64,000 nucleotides of DNA. Origin: Kiritimatiellia bacterium (GTDB lineage Bacteria > Verrucomicrobiota > Kiritimatiellia > RFP12 > UBA1067). Location of the stretch: positions 1,951-65,950 of the forward strand of contig JAEEOY010000290.1 in NCBI GenBank assembly GCA_016284515.1, given 5' to 3'. The notes beneath the pieces were generated by a model, which was not told where the DNA came from, ran no database searches, and saw only the letters and a list, made by a program, of their open reading frames with translations. Below, piece by piece: positions 60,857 to 64,000 of this stretch; positions within the stretch are counted from its first letter, which is position 1; every line of letters starts with the position of its first letter. The position numbers and the translations under genes were made by a program.

Positions 60857-62215
60857 ATGAAAGTCTGTAAATTCGGCGGTTCGTCCCTCGCGGACGCGAC
60901 CCAGCTAAACAAGGTGATCGACATCGTCCTGGCGGATCCCGCCAGGCGCATCGTTGTGGTTTCCGCCCCCGGCAAGCGCGACAAGGGCGACACGAAGGTG
61001 ACGGACCTCCTCATCGCGCTCGCGGACGCGGCGCTTGCGGGCGAGAACACGGACCGCCAGTTCGCGGCCGTCGTCGAGCGCTATGCGTCCATCGCGGACG
61101 AGCTGAAGCTCGGCGATGACATCGTGAGCGAGATATCGCGCGACATAAGGGGACGTCTTGCGCAGTGCGCGGAGCTCAGCCCCGCGGAGTTCAAGGACCT
61201 CATGAAGGCCGCCGGCGAGGACAACAACGCGAAGCTCGTCGCTGTCGCGTTCGCGGCGCGCGGCAAGAAGGCGCGCTATGCGGGTCCGAAGGAGACGGGC
61301 ATGATCCTGCGCGGCGAGTTCGGCGACGCGACGCTCGATCCCGAAAGCTACGCGACGCTCTCGCGCGCGTTCTCCAACTTCGAGGGGATCGTCATCTACC
61401 CCGGCTTCTTCGGCTACACGAAGGAGGGCAAGGTCGCGACGTTCCCGCGCGGCGGCTCGGACATCACGGGCTCGATTCTCGCGGCCGCTGTGTGCGCGGA
61501 TGTCTACGAGAACTTCACGGACGTCGACTCGGTGTATCCGGTCGATCCGCGCATCGTTCCCGAGGTGAAGGAGGGCATTCCGACGATGACCTACCGCGAG
61601 ATGCGCGAGCTTGCGTACGCGGGCTTCGGCGTGTTCGCGGACGACGCGGTGATTCCGGCGGTCAGGGCGAGGATCCCGATCAACATCCGCAACACCAACC
61701 ACCCGGGCGAGCCCGGCACGATGATCCAGCAGTCCCGCAGGGTCGTGCCCGGCACGGTCGTGGGCGTCGCGAGCGCGGACGGATTCTGCAACATCGTCGT
61801 CGAGAAGTACCTGATGAACCGCGAGATCGGCTTCGGACGCCGGCTTCTGCAGATCCTCGAGAGCGAGCATATCCCCTACGAGCACATGCCCTCGGGCGTC
61901 GACTCGCAGTGCATCGTCATCAAGGAGCAGTATCTTCCGAAGGAGGTCGAGCGCCGCGTGGTGGCGACGATAAAGCGCGAGCTCGAGCCCGACTTCGTGA
62001 CGGTCGAGCGCGACCTCACGATGCTGATGGTCGTGGGCGAGGGAATGTGCTACACGCCCGGCATGCTCGCCAAGGCGTGCCTCGCGCTCGCGTCCGCTGG
62101 AATCTCCATGTCGATGGTGAACCAGGGTTCCAGCGAGGTCTCGTTCATGATCGCCATCAGGAAGCAGGACCGCGACAACGCCGTCCGCGCGCTCTACAAG
62201 GCGTTCTTCGGCTGA
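60857..62215 (+). CDS. aspartate kinase (monofunctional, with ACT domains)
   Basis: MKVCKFGGSSLADA, VVVSAPGKRDKGDTKVTDLL, FPRGGSDITGSILA, and C-terminal ACT-like LTMLMVVGEGM and ISMSMVNQGSSEVSFMIAI. The track ORF 60125 is an out-of-gene 5' extension. Confidence 0.9.
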   Translation: MKVCKFGGSSLADATQLNKVIDIVLADPARRIVVVSAPGKRDKGDTKVTDLLIALADAALAGENTDRQFAAVVERYASIADELKLGDDIVSEISRDIRGRLAQCAELSPAEFKDLMKAAGEDNNAKLVAVAFAARGKKARYAGPKETGMILRGEFGDATLDPESYATLSRAFSNFEGIVIYPGFFGYTKEGKVATFPRGGSDITGSILAAAVCADVYENFTDVDSVYPVDPRIVPEVKEGIPTMTYREMRELAYAGFGVFADDAVIPAVRARIPINIRNTNHPGEPGTMIQQSRRVVPGTVVGVASADGFCNIVVEKYLMNREIGFGRRLLQILESEHIPYEHMPSGVDSQCIVIKEQYLPKEVERRVVATIKRELEPDFVTVERDLTMLMVVGEGMCYTPGMLAKACLALASAGISMSMVNQGSSEVSFMIAIRKQDRDNAVRALYKAFFG

Positions 62216-62243
62216 GCTCCGCCGGCGAACGGACATTGAAAAT

Positions 62244-62278
62244 CGGCCGCGGTCTTCGGACCGCGGCCGTCAGTTTTT
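62244..62278 (+). terminator. rho-independent terminator after aspartate kinase
   Basis: 11-bp stem CGGCCGCGGTC/GACCGCGGCCG with loop TTCG, followed by TCAGTTTTT. Confidence 0.85.
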
Positions 62279-62286
62279 GGTATAAT
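62278..62286 (+). promoter_or_regulatory. extended -10 promoter (TGGTATAAT), leaderless-type, abutting the terminator U-tract
   Basis: ATG 62293 is 6 nt downstream and there is no SD. Confidence 0.55.
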
Positions 62287-62292
62287 AGTGCC

Positions 62293-64000
62293 ATGAACAC
62301 TAAAACAGCCTTTGCCGTGGCGGCGGCCTTCGGGTCGCTTGCCTGTTTTGCCATGCTCGACGACGCGACCGCCTCCAAGGCGGCGCGCGAGACCCTTGCG
62401 AAGATGACGCTCGAGGAGAAGGTCCTTCTCACGGGCGGCTCCGGGACGATGACGCTTTCCGCGATACCGCGCGTCGGGATCGCGAAGGAGTGGACCATGA
62501 GCGACAACTCGTCCACGGTGCGTCCGCAGATGAAGCGCTGGGACTGGGGTTACACCGATCCGCGCAGCGAGAACACGAAGCTTCCGTCGCTCTCCGCCCT
62601 CGCGTCCACCTGGGATCCCGAGATGGCGCGCCTGCACGGCGAGGTGCTCGGCGCGGAGATGCGCGACCGCGGCGTCGACGAGCTTCTCGGACCAGGCGTC
62701 AACATCGCGCGCACGCCGCTCAACGGGCGCAACTGGGAGTACCTGGGCGAGGATCCCTGCCTCGCCGCGAAGATGTGCGTGCCGATGATCAAGGGCGTGC
62801 AGAGCTTCGACGTCGCCGCAACGGTGAAGCACTTCTGCCTCAACGACCAGGAGTGGAACCGCAACAACGTCGACACGCACTGCGACATGAGGACGCTCCA
62901 TGAGATCTACCTCCCAGCGTTCCGCGCGGCCGTGCAGGAGGCGGGCGTTCTCTGCGTGATGACGTCCTACAACAAGATCGACGGAATCTGGGCTTCCGAG
63001 AACAAGTATCTCCAGACGGGCGTCCTGCGCGACCAGTGGGGCTTCAAGGGCCTTCTCGAGACCGACTGGGGCGGGCAGCACTCGAACGAGTTCTCCGCCA
63101 ACAACGGCGGCGGAATCGAGATGGACCGCGGCGACGAGATCAAGTACCACTTCAATCCGAAGAAGGAAACCCTTCCCCTCGTCGATGCAGTCAAGGCCGG
63201 GAAGGTCTCGGAGGCGACCGTCGACGAGATGGCTCTCCACGTCCTCTACGTGATGGCCAAGACGGGCTTCCTTACCGGCGCGCCGCGCAAGGCCGGCGAG
63301 CGCAACACGAAGAAGCACCAGGAGATCGCTCGCCGCATCGGCGAGGAGTCGGTCGTCCTCGCGAAGAACGAGAAGGGCGTCCTGCCGCTCGACGCGAAGT
63401 CGGTCAGGAAGATTCTCGTCGTCGGCAAGAACGCCGCGGAGAAGCAGTGCCACAAGGGCTGCTCGGGCGAGGGCAACGTGCCGTACGAGGTGACGTTCAT
63501 CGACGGACTCAAGGCGCGTCTCGGCGACGGCGTCGAGATCGTGCTCATGCCGATTCCGAAGGACGCGGTCAAGGCGTCCGACGACAGCCAGCTTGCCGTG
63601 GACCTCAGCGGGGTCGAGCGCGCCGGCGGGCATCTCGACAAGGAGGCGAAGAAGGCGAAGTCCTCCGAGCCCAGCCTCGACGAGATCAAGGCCGTCGCCC
63701 TCGCGTCCGACGCGACGATCGTCTTCACCGGCACGGAGCTCGGCTACGACGGCAACATGGAGTCTGAGGGGCGCGACCGCTCCAACATGCTCGCCGACCC
63801 TGGCGAGGACGAGTCGATCGCCGCGATACTCTCGTGGAACGCGAAGAACACCGTGGTCATCTCGCGCGCCGGCACGCCCGTCGGCTACACGTGGGTCGAC
63901 GCGGCCCCGACGCTGCTCATGAGCTCGTACCTCGGCATGGAGGAGGGCAGCTCGCTTGCCCGCGTCGTGTTCGGCGACGTCAACCCGTCCGGCAAGCTCT
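62293..64000 (+). CDS. glycoside hydrolase family 3 (beta-glucosidase-like), 3' end outside the window
   Basis: Not in the ORF track because it has no stop in the window. I translated frame 1 by hand with no stop through 64000. Signal peptide MNTKTAFAVAAAFGSLACFA. KMTLEEKV, GPGVNIARTPLNGRNWEYLGEDP, KHFCLNDQE, MTSYNKIDG, ETDWGG, ESEGRDR, FGDVNPSGKL. Confidence 0.9.
   Translation, partial: MNTKTAFAVAAAFGSLACFAMLDDATASKAARETLAKMTLEEKVLLTGGSGTMTLSAIPRVGIAKEWTMSDNSSTVRPQMKRWDWGYTDPRSENTKLPSLSALASTWDPEMARLHGEVLGAEMRDRGVDELLGPGVNIARTPLNGRNWEYLGEDPCLAAKMCVPMIKGVQSFDVAATVKHFCLNDQEWNRNNVDTHCDMRTLHEIYLPAFRAAVQEAGVLCVMTSYNKIDGIWASENKYLQTGVLRDQWGFKGLLETDWGGQHSNEFSANNGGGIEMDRGDEIKYHFNPKKETLPLVDAVKAGKVSEATVDEMALHVLYVMAKTGFLTGAPRKAGERNTKKHQEIARRIGEESVVLAKNEKGVLPLDAKSVRKILVVGKNAAEKQCHKGCSGEGNVPYEVTFIDGLKARLGDGVEIVLMPIPKDAVKASDDSQLAVDLSGVERAGGHLDKEAKKAKSSEPSLDEIKAVALASDATIVFTGTELGYDGNMESEGRDRSNMLADPGEDESIAAILSWNAKNTVVISRAGTPVGYTWVDAAPTLLMSSYLGMEEGSSLARVVFGDVNPSGKL

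Overview
High-GC (about 63-66% by eye) bacterial chromosomal window, almost entirely plus-strand coding. No rRNA and no CRISPR array. Giant autotransporter-associated beta-strand-repeat (PATR) proteins, a PEP-CTERM protein and many CAZymes suggest a PVC-superphylum-like polysaccharide degrader (Lentisphaerota/Kiritimatiellota/Verrucomicrobiota-like); this is inference only. Layout: (1) 0-1.6 kb GltS-like symporter. (2) 2-29.4 kb surface/glycan locus: a 2302-aa poly-Gly plus triple beta-helix protein, a 1630-aa propeller protein, a metal exporter, GH30, an alginate-lyase-like enzyme with a CBM, and two PATR giants of 1336 and 2081 aa. (3) 29.5-32.2 kb GH43-like histidine kinase and a LuxR-type response regulator. 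(4) 32.4-33.8 kb IS481-like element nested in an older copy of its own ends. (5) tRNA-Thr, tRNA-His, a COG1579 zinc-ribbon gene and rnpB. (6) 35.3-38.5 kb strongly promoted operon of four small exported proteins of unknown family, one of them PEP-CTERM. (7) 38.6-47.6 kb housekeeping genes (yggU, nhaC-like, tandem kinase-like, CBM48, ftsB-like, lgt, fba, purM). (8) 47.7-59.4 kb tetR-MFP-RND efflux operon split by a roughly 6.6 kb lower-GC island, which carries a type IIG-like methyltransferase/nuclease and three translationally coupled membrane/exported proteins of unknown function. This island is my best candidate for an undescribed system. (9) hom, aspartate kinase, and a 3'-truncated GH3. 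Recurrent sequence-level signals: TGnTATAAT extended -10 boxes only 6-10 nt from start codons (leaderless architecture), a CCC-W(4-5)-GGG..ATG box 21-22 nt upstream of the -10 of four glycan/adhesin genes, a C-terminal [G/K]-F-x-h-x-h-R tail on four exported proteins, and several MITE-like or palindromic elements. Most long minus-strand ORFs in the track are GC-driven antisense shadows.
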